Assembly (NCBI GenBank): GCA_965261085.1
Contig: OZ253442.1
Span: 96,001 to 160,000, forward strand
Length of the DNA stretch: 64,000 nt
Direction of reading: 5' to 3'
Source of the DNA: a bacterium
GTDB lineage: Bacteria > UBA8248
Under the pieces are notes generated by a model, which saw nothing but the letters and a program-made list of their open reading frames with translations, did no database searches and was not told where the DNA came from. Below, piece after piece: positions 9,861-19,709 of this stretch; the first letter of the stretch is position 1; each line of letters begins with the position of its first letter. A program made the position numbers and the translations under genes.

Positions 9861-11144
9861 ATGTTGCTCCGCTTTGGCGTCTCCAACCATCTCTCGATAC
9901 GTGATTACCAGGAATTGTCGCTAGCGGCGTCTTCGCTGAAGGAGCGACAAGAAGAAAAACTCATCCGCTGCGAAGCGGTACCCACTAAACATGTTGTGCC
10001 ATCAGTCGTGATCTACGGCGCAAATGCATCGGGCAAGAGCAACCTCATCGACGCGATAGCAACCATGCGGGGCATGGTTTTACTGTCTCAAACCAAAGGG
10101 GAACCAGACGGAGGGGTACCCCGCCATCCTTTCAGGCTAGATGAGAACAGCCCCCGGTTGCCGACTCGTTTCGATATCGATTTTCTCATTGACGGTGTAC
10201 GATACCACTACGGCTTTGAGGCGTCAGACTCTGCGTTCGAGTCTGAATGGCTATACACCATTCCCAAGTCCCATCGCCAGATGTTGTTCGAACGCACAGG
10301 TGATGAATTTCGTTTTGGGCGTGGGCTGAGAGGACAAAACAGAGTTATCGCCCGCTTGACGAGACCTAACAGCCTGTTCGTGTCCGCAGCGGCTCAAAAC
10401 GGCCACGAACAGCTTTCAAAAGTGTTCGGGTATTTTTCCTCGCTCCGCGCCATCTGGAGCATCGCTGTCCCCGAGGAGGCGGTTTCATCGCGAATATCCG
10501 AGGATAAACTGGATGACCGGGTGATCGACTTCCTTGGCAAGATCGATACTGGGGTCATTGGCTACCGACAAAAAGAATCCGAACTGTCTGAAGAAATGCA
10601 AGGAATTCAACGAGAGTTATTCACGTTGTTTAAGAAGATAAGCGGCACTGAAACACCGGAAGTTAAAGATAAGCATGTCACCATCGAACTCCGCCATCGT
10701 GGGCGAGGAGGCTCGCCGTTCTACCTTGAATTGGACAGTGAGAGCGCCGGAACAAGGAGGCTACTGATCGTGCTTGACCTTGCATTTCGCGCGCTCGACG
10801 AAGGCGCGCCCTTGTTCATCGACGAACTGGACGCCAGCCTGCACACCCGGGCCGCCGAGGCGGTTCTGAAACTGTTCTGCTCGCGGGAGACCAATCCCAA
10901 AGGCGCGCAACTCATCTCGACGACTCACGACACCAATTTGCTAAACTCGTCCTTACTGCGGCGCGATGAGGTCTGGTTCACTGAAAAAGACGCTGACGGC
11001 GCGACCCAACTCTATCCGCTAATCGACATTCGAACCCGCAGGGGCGATAACATCGAGAAGGGGTATCTCCAGGGCCGTTACGGCGCAGTTCCCTTCGACG
11101 ACCCCATCTCGGCTCTCGGCTCGACCCTTGGCGCGTCGAACTAA
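9861..11144 (+). CDS. RloA-like AAA_21 ATPase
   Basis: YGANASGKSN, ESAGTRR, FIDELDASLH, AQLISTTHD, RRDEVWFTEK, YLQGRYGAVP. Confidence 0.85.
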   Translation: MLLRFGVSNHLSIRDYQELSLAASSLKERQEEKLIRCEAVPTKHVVPSVVIYGANASGKSNLIDAIATMRGMVLLSQTKGEPDGGVPRHPFRLDENSPRLPTRFDIDFLIDGVRYHYGFEASDSAFESEWLYTIPKSHRQMLFERTGDEFRFGRGLRGQNRVIARLTRPNSLFVSAAAQNGHEQLSKVFGYFSSLRAIWSIAVPEEAVSSRISEDKLDDRVIDFLGKIDTGVIGYRQKESELSEEMQGIQRELFTLFKKISGTETPEVKDKHVTIELRHRGRGGSPFYLELDSESAGTRRLLIVLDLAFRALDEGAPLFIDELDASLHTRAAEAVLKLFCSRETNPKGAQLISTTHDTNLLNSSLLRRDEVWFTEKDADGATQLYPLIDIRTRRGDNIEKGYLQGRYGAVPFDDPISALGSTLGASN

Positions 11145-11799
11145 AGCCGCCAAGCGCGCAACCCCGAACCTAAAGCGTCGCCGCTATCGGCGTGAACCGA
11201 AGCGGAGCTTTATCGTGTTTTGCGAAGGCAAGAATACGGAGCCGGCCTATTTCGGTGCAGTGAAGCGCGCCTACAGAGACACCTTAATTTCCGTGGAAAT
11301 AGTCCCCGCCGTGGGCGTTCCCTACACCATCGCGAAAAAAGCCGTTGAGCACGCCCGAGATTTGGGACTCGACCGGCGCAGTCGCCGTAAAAAGGACTCG
11401 TTCGAGAAAAACGACCAGGTCTGGGCCGTGTTCGACAGAGACGAACATCCTCATTTCGACGAAGCGGTGGCATTTTGCCAACAGCGCGGCGTCCACGTCG
11501 GCCGCTCCAACCCATGTTTCGAGCTTTGGTTAGTTCTGCATGAGATGGATTTCGACCGGACCGAAGATCGACACGAGATGCAAAGGATATTAAAAAAACT
11601 GCGACCGGAATATGACATGAACAGTGAGAAAACGCCCGACTGCGACGAGATGGTCACGCGAGTGGAAGAAGCTGAGGAACGCAGCGAAAGACAACTACGA
11701 AAACACGAACAGGGGGGCAATCCATACGGCAACCCTTCGACTACCGTAGGCCGTCTGACCCACGCGATCCGTGAAGCCGCTAAGTTAGCCGGGGGTTGA
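11128..11799 (+). CDS. RloB family protein
   Basis: VFCEGKNTEPAYF, WAVFDRD, SNPCFELWLVLH, NPSTTV; overlaps the ATPase stop. Confidence 0.85.
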   Translation: MARRTKAAKRATPNLKRRRYRREPKRSFIVFCEGKNTEPAYFGAVKRAYRDTLISVEIVPAVGVPYTIAKKAVEHARDLGLDRRSRRKKDSFEKNDQVWAVFDRDEHPHFDEAVAFCQQRGVHVGRSNPCFELWLVLHEMDFDRTEDRHEMQRILKKLRPEYDMNSEKTPDCDEMVTRVEEAEERSERQLRKHEQGGNPYGNPSTTVGRLTHAIREAAKLAGG

Positions 11800-11917
11800 C
11801 TCGACGACGCCTCGTGCTTTCATCACCTATGCCCGCCCTAATCACCTCCACTACCTACATTGCTTCACCGGGAGTCAAGTTTTTTTGTCGGCTCTAAAGC
11901 CCCTCCGGGCCGCACCC

Positions 11918-13222
11918 TCAAATGCCGTCGACCTCTGATTCTGCCGAGGAGGGATCGTAGAAGTTGAAATCGTCCGCATCGAGATCCGCGACGTCGAAAC
12001 CCTCCAGCCGGATCGTGCCGCCTCCTTGCGAGGTCAGGTCGATGACGGCGTCGGTTCCATCGGCGCTTATGGTCAGATCCTCAAAACCGGTAATGCCCGT
12101 GATCGCCGTGAGGTCAATGGCGTCCTCCCCGTCGGTGAAGTCGGTGATCGTGTCGGTTCCGAAGCTGCCGTTGAAATAGAAGGTGTCCGCATCGGCGCCG
12201 CCCGTGAGCGTGTCGTCCCCGAGCCCGCCGTTCAGCGAATCGGCGCCCGCGCCGCCAAAGAGTTCATCCGTGCCGGAGCCGGCGACAATCCTGTCGTTGT
12301 CCGCGCCGCCGTAGAGTTCGTCATCGCCTGAGCCGCCGACGAGCCAGTCGTTGCCGGCGTCGCCGAAGATCGTGTCATCGCCTGCGTCGCCAAGGAGCGA
12401 ATCCTTGCCCTCGCCGCCCCGGATACTGTCGTCACCGCCGCCGCCGAAAACCGTGTCGTCGCCCCCCAGGGCGTCGATGTTCTCGGCGGTCGCGTCACCC
12501 AGAATCCTGTCGTTGGATCCTGTGCCGTATTCCCAACTAGTGGCGAAGATGAAATCGTCGGCATCCAGATTGTCCGCCGTAAACCCTTCGAGAAATATCG
12601 TGCCGCCGCCGTGTTCGGTCAGATCGATTGTGACGCCGTCGTCGCTGGAGGTGATGGTCAGGTCATCGAAACTGGAGATATTGTTGAAACTCAGTTCGAT
12701 CTTGTCTTCTCCGGAGGTGAAATCGTAGACGACGTCGTTTCCGTGGCCCGGTGCGAACACGAACGTATCGGCTCCAGCGTCGCCATACATTTCATCGTCG
12801 CCCGTTCCGCCGGAAATGGTGTCGGCTCCTGCACCACCCTCCAGCATGTCATTACCCTCGCCGCCATAAAGAACATCGTCGCCCTCGTGGCCCGCAAGGC
12901 TGTCTGCCTCGGCACCACCTCTTAAAGTGTCATTACCTGCGCCGCCCCCGAGAAAATCAGCACCCTCACCGCCATCGAGTTCGTCGTTCCCCTCTCCTCC
13001 TTCTATCCAATCCTGACCTTCGCCGCCCGTGATGGTATCGTTGCCCACCCCGCCGTAGAGCGCGTCCCAGCCGGCCCCACCCGTGATGCTGTCGTCCCCT
13101 CCGCCACCTTCGATCCGGTCTCCGTCATCATCGGCCTGGAGAACGTCGTCTCCCGAGGTGCCGGTAATCGTGTTTTGCTGAGGCGTGTTTTCCTCGCCCA
13201 CGTTTTCATCAGGCACGTCCAT
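11918..13222 (-). CDS. RTX/hemolysin-type calcium-binding repeat protein
   Basis: Many GGxGxDxLx nonapeptides; two repeated DFTxGEDxI...DLTI...IDL...GGGTIxLEGF...LDADDF modules. Confidence 0.9.
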   Translation of the reverse strand: MDVPDENVGEENTPQQNTITGTSGDDVLQADDDGDRIEGGGGDDSITGGAGWDALYGGVGNDTITGGEGQDWIEGGEGNDELDGGEGADFLGGGAGNDTLRGGAEADSLAGHEGDDVLYGGEGNDMLEGGAGADTISGGTGDDEMYGDAGADTFVFAPGHGNDVVYDFTSGEDKIELSFNNISSFDDLTITSSDDGVTIDLTEHGGGTIFLEGFTADNLDADDFIFATSWEYGTGSNDRILGDATAENIDALGGDDTVFGGGGDDSIRGGEGKDSLLGDAGDDTIFGDAGNDWLVGGSGDDELYGGADNDRIVAGSGTDELFGGAGADSLNGGLGDDTLTGGADADTFYFNGSFGTDTITDFTDGEDAIDLTAITGITGFEDLTISADGTDAVIDLTSQGGGTIRLEGFDVADLDADDFNFYDPSSAESEVDGI

Positions 13223-13825
13223 TTCTCCTCATTCAGGAACCAGTCGACGACTCGAGCGCGACGGGCACCCTCTCGCCCGGAACGGATAACGGGTTAAAAT
13301 TCAAGCATACATTAACTTTTAACTATCAAATTTTAATATTCCGGCGAAAGCTGCGTCAAGAAAAATTTTTGGGGAAAGAGTACCTATTCCACCTCGCAAA
13401 ATGAATTTCAACCGGAGCCATCCGAAAACGACGGGAACAATCCCTCCCCCGCATCTCCCCGTATTTGCCGTTATCGCGTCATCAAGGGAATCCGCCAGAA
13501 TCTCCTGCGAGGAGGCATTCTCATGAATGCAAACTATATGGAAAAAGGAAATGCGCTGCGCCTCTCTCCCCGATCGGGATTGAAGTGCGCCAAAGGATGC
13601 GCCATGAATTTCGATAAAATAGTGAAAAATCAGGTAAATATCGATAAATTCACGATGTTTTTCGATAAAATGCTCGCCGGTAAAATCATCGTAAGATATT
13701 GAAATTAAAAGTAAATCAATACAAATCTTAGCGCAGACGACTCAAATAAACGCCAAAAAAAATCAAACGCATCGCATTTGCCCGCAACTTCCCGCATCTG
13801 CCCGCTTTGGCCTGAAAGGCGGGCC

Positions 13826-14728
13826 TTAGGAGGTGGGCTTGATCCTCGAAGGCAGACCCCCCATCTCGCGCAGCACCTCGTAGAAGGCGACGGTGTCCTC
13901 TTCCGCATAACCCCGCTCATAGGCCATCTGCACCACCTGGGACCAGAGGTTCGTCATCAGCATGGGCGAGCCGTGGAGTTGGCCTTGCTCCAGCATGAGG
14001 CGCGAATCCTTAAGCGAGGTCTTCACCTGGCCCTGTTTCGAGTAATCCGCGTGAATCATCTTGGGACCCTTGTCTATCATCGTTTTGGAGGAACACGCCC
14101 CGTCTTTGAGCACTTCCAAAAGGGTGTCCATCTCGAGACCCACCTTCGTGCCGAGCATCAGCCCCTCGGCCAGGGCGAGCCGGTTGCCCGCCAGGATCAT
14201 GTTGATGACGAGCTTCGTCCGTGCGCCCGAGCCCACCGGCCCCATATAGTACGCCGCCCGGCTGAAACCGGCGAAAACAGCGCGGCAGGCGTCGAAATCC
14301 TCCGCCTCACCGCCCGCGATGACCACCAGATCCTTCGCCACGGCCATGGTGCTCGTCCCGCTCACGGCGGAATCGAGAAATCGGATTCCCCGCTCTTTCA
14401 AATCCCCGGCGAGACGAACCGAATCCTCAGGACGCGAGGTCGTCGTATCGAGGTGGTAGAGACCCTCTTTCGCCCCCTCGGCGATGCCGCCCGCCCCGAG
14501 AGTGGCCTCGCGCGCAACGTCGCTGTTGGGCAAAGAGGTGATGACGAAGTTCACGCCTCTGGCGGCTTCAGCGGGCGTCTCGGCGGGATGGCCGCCTTTT
14601 TCGCGCAAATCATCCATGCGAGCGGAGTCCACGTCGAAGCCCTGCACCTCGAAGCCCGTCTCATGCATGTTCTTGATGAACGCCTGGCCCATCAGTCCCA
14701 TGCCCACGATACCCACACGTTGCGACAT
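13826..14728 (-). CDS. NAD(P)-dependent oxidoreductase, 3-hydroxyisobutyrate dehydrogenase family
   Basis: GMGLMG, LDSAVSG, GSGARTKLVIN. Confidence 0.85.
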   Translation of the reverse strand: MSQRVGIVGMGLMGQAFIKNMHETGFEVQGFDVDSARMDDLREKGGHPAETPAEAARGVNFVITSLPNSDVAREATLGAGGIAEGAKEGLYHLDTTTSRPEDSVRLAGDLKERGIRFLDSAVSGTSTMAVAKDLVVIAGGEAEDFDACRAVFAGFSRAAYYMGPVGSGARTKLVINMILAGNRLALAEGLMLGTKVGLEMDTLLEVLKDGACSSKTMIDKGPKMIHADYSKQGQVKTSLKDSRLMLEQGQLHGSPMLMTNLWSQVVQMAYERGYAEEDTVAFYEVLREMGGLPSRIKPTS

Positions 14729-14881
14729 ACTTCTTTCTCCTCTCATGGCAGTGAATTTCGCTCCCTTTTAGGACGTTCGCCCCCCGAGAACAAGCCGCGC
14801 GGCTCCCCCAAAAGCATTTCGCGCCGCGAAAACCCCTAAAGGCGCTTTCAGAACCATCCCCAGCCGTTGTATTCTTCTCAT

Positions 14882-14978
14882 GGGAGCGCATCGGTGCTGG
14901 TGTGCCGCCTGGACTTCAAATCCAGTGGACGGGGCTAATCACTTCGTCGGTGGGTTCGACTCCCACGCGTTCCCGCCA
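14882..14978 (+). tRNA. selC: tRNA-Sec (anticodon UCA)
   Basis: 97 nt; 8-bp acceptor stem GGGAGCGC/GCGTTCCC plus GCCA end; anticodon arm CTGGA-CTTCAAA-TCCAG; long variable arm; T-arm GTGGG-TTCGACT-CCCAC. Confidence 0.93.
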
Positions 14979-15032
14979 GTTTTGCCACCCTCCCGCCAGA
15001 TTCACGGCAGTGAGATGACCCGCTAAAAAACA

Positions 15033-15776
15033 TCACACAATCGTCAAACCGCCATCTAATACCAGAATCTGGCCCGTCATGTAGGATGAGCGGGGCGTCA
15101 CCAGATACTCCATGGCGTCGAGCACTTCATCGACCCGCCCGAACCTGCCCATGGGCGATTTGCGGTAGCGCTCCGCCAGGTTCTCGGGGTCGCCGTCTCC
15201 TTGAGTTTCCCTGAGCTTCGTCAGCACCGGACCCGCAGCTATGGCGTTCACGCGTATGTTCCAATCCGCCAGTTCGACGGCCAGCGCACGAGTGAGGCCC
15301 TCCACCCCGCCCTTTACGGCGACGTACACCACGCGCTCCTTGGCCGGCGTGTGCGCGTAAAAACTCGACATGTTGACGATGGCGCCGCCGCCTCGCTTAT
15401 TCATCTCGGCAGCCGCACGCTTCGCGCACAGGATGTTGCCCTTGAGACCCACGGCCAGCGCCAGGTCGATCGTGGCCTCCTCGACCTCCGCCAGAGGGCC
15501 GTTCCCCCGAATGACGGCGCAATTGATCAGAACGTCCACGCCACCGAATTTCCCGACCACCGCGTCGAAAGCGTCCTCGACGCCCTTTTCATTAGAGAGG
15601 TCCCCCTTTACGCCAAAGATGGCGCCGGGCGATTCCGCTTCGAGCCTGCGCAGGCCCTCTTCGTCCACGTCCACGGCCGCTACTTTCGCTCCCATGCCCG
15701 AAAACCGTCGCGCGGCGTCCGCCCCGATTCCCCGGGCCGCGCCCGTGATGACGAAAATTTTCCCGTTCAGTTCCAT
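15033..15776 (-). CDS. SDR family oxidoreductase
   Basis: TGAARGIG, YVAVK, NIRVNAIAAG. Confidence 0.9.
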   Translation of the reverse strand: MELNGKIFVITGAARGIGADAARRFSGMGAKVAAVDVDEEGLRRLEAESPGAIFGVKGDLSNEKGVEDAFDAVVGKFGGVDVLINCAVIRGNGPLAEVEEATIDLALAVGLKGNILCAKRAAAEMNKRGGGAIVNMSSFYAHTPAKERVVYVAVKGGVEGLTRALAVELADWNIRVNAIAAGPVLTKLRETQGDGDPENLAERYRKSPMGRFGRVDEVLDAMEYLVTPRSSYMTGQILVLDGGLTIV

Positions 15777-15822
15777 AGCGGTCCTTCCACTCACCGACCA
15801 ACGAGAGGCGCAAGATTCCCGC

Positions 15823-16833
15823 TCACAACGAGAGCACCCCCTCGCCTCGTGAAATTTCCAGCCGCGTTCCCAGTTTCTTGGAGAGTGATTCGAGGGTGCT
15901 CAGGATTTCCGCCGATTTGGGCTCCTCCGCGGCGAGAATACGCGGGCTTCCGTCCTCTTCGATCAACACGGGCGCTAAAGCCACCCGGCTGAGCGCTCCT
16001 CCCCTAAGACTTATCTTCAGGCAAATCGACTCGCGCACTGTGGGCATGAACATCGGGTGGTCATGATCCAGCACAAAATTGCCCAACGCATAGAAAACAG
16101 GCCGGCCACGATAGACCTCGATTCCTTGCAGGATATGGGGGTGATGGCCGACGACGATGTCCACCCCCGATTCGATGGCCGCATGAGCAACGGCTTGCTG
16201 GGAAAGCGTGAGCGTACGGCTCTGGCTCGCGCCCCAGTGGAACGACGCCAAAAGAAAATCGACTCTCGGACGCGCGCGCTCAATGTCGGCGGCCATCGCC
16301 TCCATGTCCTCTTCATTCACATAAGGGGGGCCATAGAGCGCATCCTGCCGGATGGGGGTGACGCCCGGCTTCTCAGGGCCCGCCCCCCAGCCCATGGGCA
16401 ATTCGAGCACGTAGGATAAAAACCCGTATCGTACTCCTTTTCGCTCCATAACGGCGGGCGTTCGCGCTTCCTGGATATTCCGGCCCGCTCCCGAGTATGC
16501 GATTCCGTTTCGCTCGAGAAGTTCCATCGTCTCGACAAATGGTTCGACCCCGTAGTCCATGCAGTGGTTGCTGGCGAACGCCAATACGTCGAAGCCTCCT
16601 GCGAGATATCCCCGAATCATGTTCGGGCTATGGCGCATCACGATCTTCCCGCTCGCGGGTTCACCCAGATGAGACATCGACGCCTCGAGGCCACCGAAGC
16701 GCAGATCGGCCGCATCCAGAAAAGAGGCGACCTTCGAAAAAGTGTCTCCTGGTTCGGGGCGATCGATTTCCATATCGCCCACCACGACGAGCGTGGACTC
16801 GCTATCCGCTAAATCTTGCGCTTCACTAGGCAA
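15823..16833 (-). CDS. CapA/PgsA-like metallophosphoesterase family protein
   Basis: VVGD, ASNHCMDYG, SFHWG, GHHPHILQGIE, YALGNF. Confidence 0.85.
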   Translation of the reverse strand: MPSEAQDLADSESTLVVVGDMEIDRPEPGDTFSKVASFLDAADLRFGGLEASMSHLGEPASGKIVMRHSPNMIRGYLAGGFDVLAFASNHCMDYGVEPFVETMELLERNGIAYSGAGRNIQEARTPAVMERKGVRYGFLSYVLELPMGWGAGPEKPGVTPIRQDALYGPPYVNEEDMEAMAADIERARPRVDFLLASFHWGASQSRTLTLSQQAVAHAAIESGVDIVVGHHPHILQGIEVYRGRPVFYALGNFVLDHDHPMFMPTVRESICLKISLRGGALSRVALAPVLIEEDGSPRILAAEEPKSAEILSTLESLSKKLGTRLEISRGEGVLSL

Positions 16834-16955
16834 CGGTCACCCCCATTCTTGAAATACCGCGCATCTCGCCCCTCATCCGTTAAAAAGGCGCAGCGGCTTC
16901 AACCAGTTCGCGGGCGCGCTCCATTCATCCGATGAGAACGCACGGACGAGTTCTT

Positions 16956-17870
16956 CTATTTTTTATTCTCTCGATCCAGATATGATAAATAAACCGCCGC
17001 GCTGTCCAACTCTCCATTGCCTGCACGCGCGCCTTCCCTGTACAGCGGCGCGCATGCGTTGCCTACCGGCGTCACGGCATTGTGTCTCCTGGCCAGTCTG
17101 AGACCAAGCCCGATGTCCTTCAAGATGACGTTCAAGGTGCTCCGGGGACGGCGATACCGGCCCCGCACCATGATACCGCCGTGGCCATGGAACCCGCTTG
17201 AGTCGCCCGCGCGGCTTCTCTTGAGCGTGTCGAACAAAAAATCCTTCCCGAATCCGCTGCGCATCCCCAGCCGCAAGCCCTCGGCGATGACGCAGCGCCC
17301 CATGGAGGTCATGTAGTTCACGACCACTTTCATCGCGGCCCCTGAGCCGGAAGGTCCGCAATAAACCTGATCTGATAGCATCGTCTCCAAAAGCGGCGCC
17401 ACCTTCTCGTAGGCTTTCCTGTTCCCGCCCACGAGAAACAAGCCTTCCCGATTCGCCACGTAGTCGCTGTTGCCGCTTACGCTGGCGTCCAGATAAGGAA
17501 TTCCCCTCTCCCGGCACAGCCCAGCGTGTTTTTTCGAATCCTCCGGGTCCGACGTCGTCGTGTCGAGCACGACTTCGGGCGCTAATTCCGGCGAGCAAGC
17601 CAGATAACCGTCTTTCCCACGCGCGGTCTGAAGCGATATTTTCGAGTCGGGAACGGAGATGAACACGACCTCGGCGGCTTCGGCCACGGCGCGGGGCGTT
17701 TGGAGGGCCTCTCCTCCGAGGCGCTTGAATTTCCGCATCGCCCTGGCCTGCAGGTCGGTTCCCACGAGGCGATGCCCATCTGCGATGAGGTTTTTGGAAA
17801 ACGCCTGGCCCATGAGCCCTAAGCCGATGAAGCCGATGGTTTTAATCGTGCTCTTCCTTGAGGACATCAT
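16956..17870 (-). CDS. NAD(P)-dependent oxidoreductase, 3-hydroxyisobutyrate dehydrogenase family
   Basis: GLGLMG, LDASVSG, GSGAAMKVVVN. Confidence 0.85.
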   Translation of the reverse strand: MMSSRKSTIKTIGFIGLGLMGQAFSKNLIADGHRLVGTDLQARAMRKFKRLGGEALQTPRAVAEAAEVVFISVPDSKISLQTARGKDGYLACSPELAPEVVLDTTTSDPEDSKKHAGLCRERGIPYLDASVSGNSDYVANREGLFLVGGNRKAYEKVAPLLETMLSDQVYCGPSGSGAAMKVVVNYMTSMGRCVIAEGLRLGMRSGFGKDFLFDTLKRSRAGDSSGFHGHGGIMVRGRYRRPRSTLNVILKDIGLGLRLARRHNAVTPVGNACAPLYREGARAGNGELDSAAVYLSYLDRENKK

Positions 17871-17924
17871 TCACCTCCCATCAAGCGAGAAGATAGAGAA
17901 ACGCGAAGCAGGAGATGCGAGGAT

Positions 17925-18686
17925 CTATTCGCTCACGAGTTCCACGCTGTATCGATGCTGATCTCCGCGATAATAGATTTGGGAGAATTCGACAGGCTCG
18001 CCGTTTCTACTGTGGACGAAGGTCTCCACGTATAAAACCGGCGCCAGGACACCGATGGAAAGACGGTCGGCGACCTCACTATCGGCGACACGGGCTTCGA
18101 GCGTCTGTTGTATCTTGCCCAGCGGTATACGCAGTCGACTTTTGAGGATGTGGAGCATACTGCGGGTGCGAATATCCTCGTGCGGAATGTCTTTCGCGAG
18201 CTTTTCGGGCAAATAATTCATCACATAACAAAGGGGTGTTTTCTCCGTCATTCTCAGCCGCTGAACCCTGGTCAACTTCTCCCCAACGTCCAAGCCGAAG
18301 AATTTCTGCAATCGAGACGAAGCATCCACATCCTCTATCGATATGATGCGCATCTCCTCACCGCCGGCGTTCTCTTCCCAGACGACACCGGTGAGTTGAA
18401 TCATCTTCGATTTCACGCCCCCGCGGTTGACGAACGTGCCCTTTCGGCGTTCGCGCGTCACGAGCCCTTCTTTCTCCAATATGGCGAGGGCTTGCCGTAA
18501 GGTGACCCGGCTGACGCCGAAATGTTTGGAAAGGTCCAACTCCTTGGGGAGCTTTATGCCCGCAATCAATTCCCCGTTTTCAATCTTACCGCGCAAGAGA
18601 TTGGCGATTTGGTAGTAATAGGGGATGAATTCGTTCGACAGCGGTTGTTCCGCAATCAGTTCCCGCATTCTTTCCTCATTTCCCAT
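17925..18686 (-). CDS. GntR-family regulator (HutC/UTRA subfamily)
   Basis: PYYYQI...LPKELDLSKHFGVSRVTLRQAL...KGTFV wHTH followed by a UTRA-like domain. Confidence 0.9.
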   Translation of the reverse strand: MGNEERMRELIAEQPLSNEFIPYYYQIANLLRGKIENGELIAGIKLPKELDLSKHFGVSRVTLRQALAILEKEGLVTRERRKGTFVNRGGVKSKMIQLTGVVWEENAGGEEMRIISIEDVDASSRLQKFFGLDVGEKLTRVQRLRMTEKTPLCYVMNYLPEKLAKDIPHEDIRTRSMLHILKSRLRIPLGKIQQTLEARVADSEVADRLSIGVLAPVLYVETFVHSRNGEPVEFSQIYYRGDQHRYSVELVSE

Positions 18687-18781
18687 GGCCTCGTAAACCG
18701 ACGGGCTTCAGGCCTTGAGCAAGGCGCAAGTTTTACATATTGCAACTTCGTTGAAAATGAGCCTCTTCCCTAAAATTACAC

Positions 18782-18817
18782 TTGCGATTCTTAATGGTAT
18801 TAAATATAATACCATTA
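18782..18817 (+). promoter_or_regulatory. Sigma70 promoter overlapped by a palindromic operator (probable GntR site)
   Basis: TTGCGA(18782)-17 bp-TATAAT(18805); perfect inverted repeat TAATGGTATTA-N4-TAATACCATTA at 18792-18817. Confidence 0.75.
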
Positions 18818-18929
18818 TTCAAGGTTTAATTTGAGCGATTCTTCCGCATCTAGATTTAAAAAAGCCGAAACTATTTTCGTTGATTTTGAGGATTCATACT
18901 TTTTCGTTCACCCGTTGGATGAGTTCCGC

Positions 18930-19682
18930 ATGAAACTCGAAGGACACACAGCGCTCGTCACCGGCGCCACGCGCGGCATCGGCAAAGCCATCGCCCTCGC
19001 ATTGGCCCGCGCAGGGGCCGTCGTCGCCGTGCATTACCACGCGGGTGAAGCGGCGGCGCAAGGGATAGTGGGAGACATTCGCAATGAAGGCGGCAGGGCC
19101 TTTAGCGTCCAGGCCGACGTAAGCCGCCTCAACGAGGTGGAGCGCATGTTCGGGGAATGTGAAAAGGAAATGGGAGGCGTCGATATCCTCGTCAACAACG
19201 CGCGGCGATTGGTGAAGGGCAGAGCCTTCCTGGAGATGAACTGGGAGGAGGATTACGAGCCGCAGATCCAGGTGATGCTCAAAGGCGCTTTCCATTGTTG
19301 TCAGGCGGTGTTGCCGGGCATGCGGGAAAAGGGCTGGGGCCGCATCGTCAACGTTCTTTCCACCGTCCTGGGCGAGAAACGCCCGCGCACGAATTCCTAC
19401 GGGGCGGTCAAATCCGCCCTTTTATATTTCTCGCAAAACCTGGCCGCGGAAATGGGCCCCTACGGCATCACGGTCAACATGGTTTCGCCCGGCCTCACCG
19501 AAACGGAGCGGCCCATCCTCCATTCGGATGATTTTCAGAAAAATTATATCGACACCATTCCGATGAAGCGCCTGGGGCGCTCGGAAGACGTCGCCGGCGC
19601 CGTGGTGTTTTTTTGCAGCGATGAGGCCGCCTATGTCACCGGCGTCAACATGGCCGTCTCGGGCGGCAAGGTGATCTTTTAA
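18930..19682 (+). CDS. SDR family oxidoreductase (FabG-like)
   Basis: TGATRGIG, LVNNA, YGAVK; likely start MKLEG at 18930. Confidence 0.9.
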   Translation: MKLEGHTALVTGATRGIGKAIALALARAGAVVAVHYHAGEAAAQGIVGDIRNEGGRAFSVQADVSRLNEVERMFGECEKEMGGVDILVNNARRLVKGRAFLEMNWEEDYEPQIQVMLKGAFHCCQAVLPGMREKGWGRIVNVLSTVLGEKRPRTNSYGAVKSALLYFSQNLAAEMGPYGITVNMVSPGLTETERPILHSDDFQKNYIDTIPMKRLGRSEDVAGAVVFFCSDEAAYVTGVNMAVSGGKVIF

Positions 19683-19709
19683 CGACCCGCAACCCGGAGG
19701 AAACGAAAG

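Noticed and set aside
13223-13600. Possible riboswitch or ncRNA upstream of the RTX gene
   Set aside because: No recognisable riboswitch consensus by eye; an Rfam/Infernal scan would be needed.
14978-15030. Prophage or ICE integrated at selC
   Set aside because: No integrase and no duplicated tRNA 3' end were seen in the window.
15823-16833. Poly-gamma-glutamate capsule locus suggested by the CapA-like gene
   Set aside because: No capB/capC; the context is catabolic.
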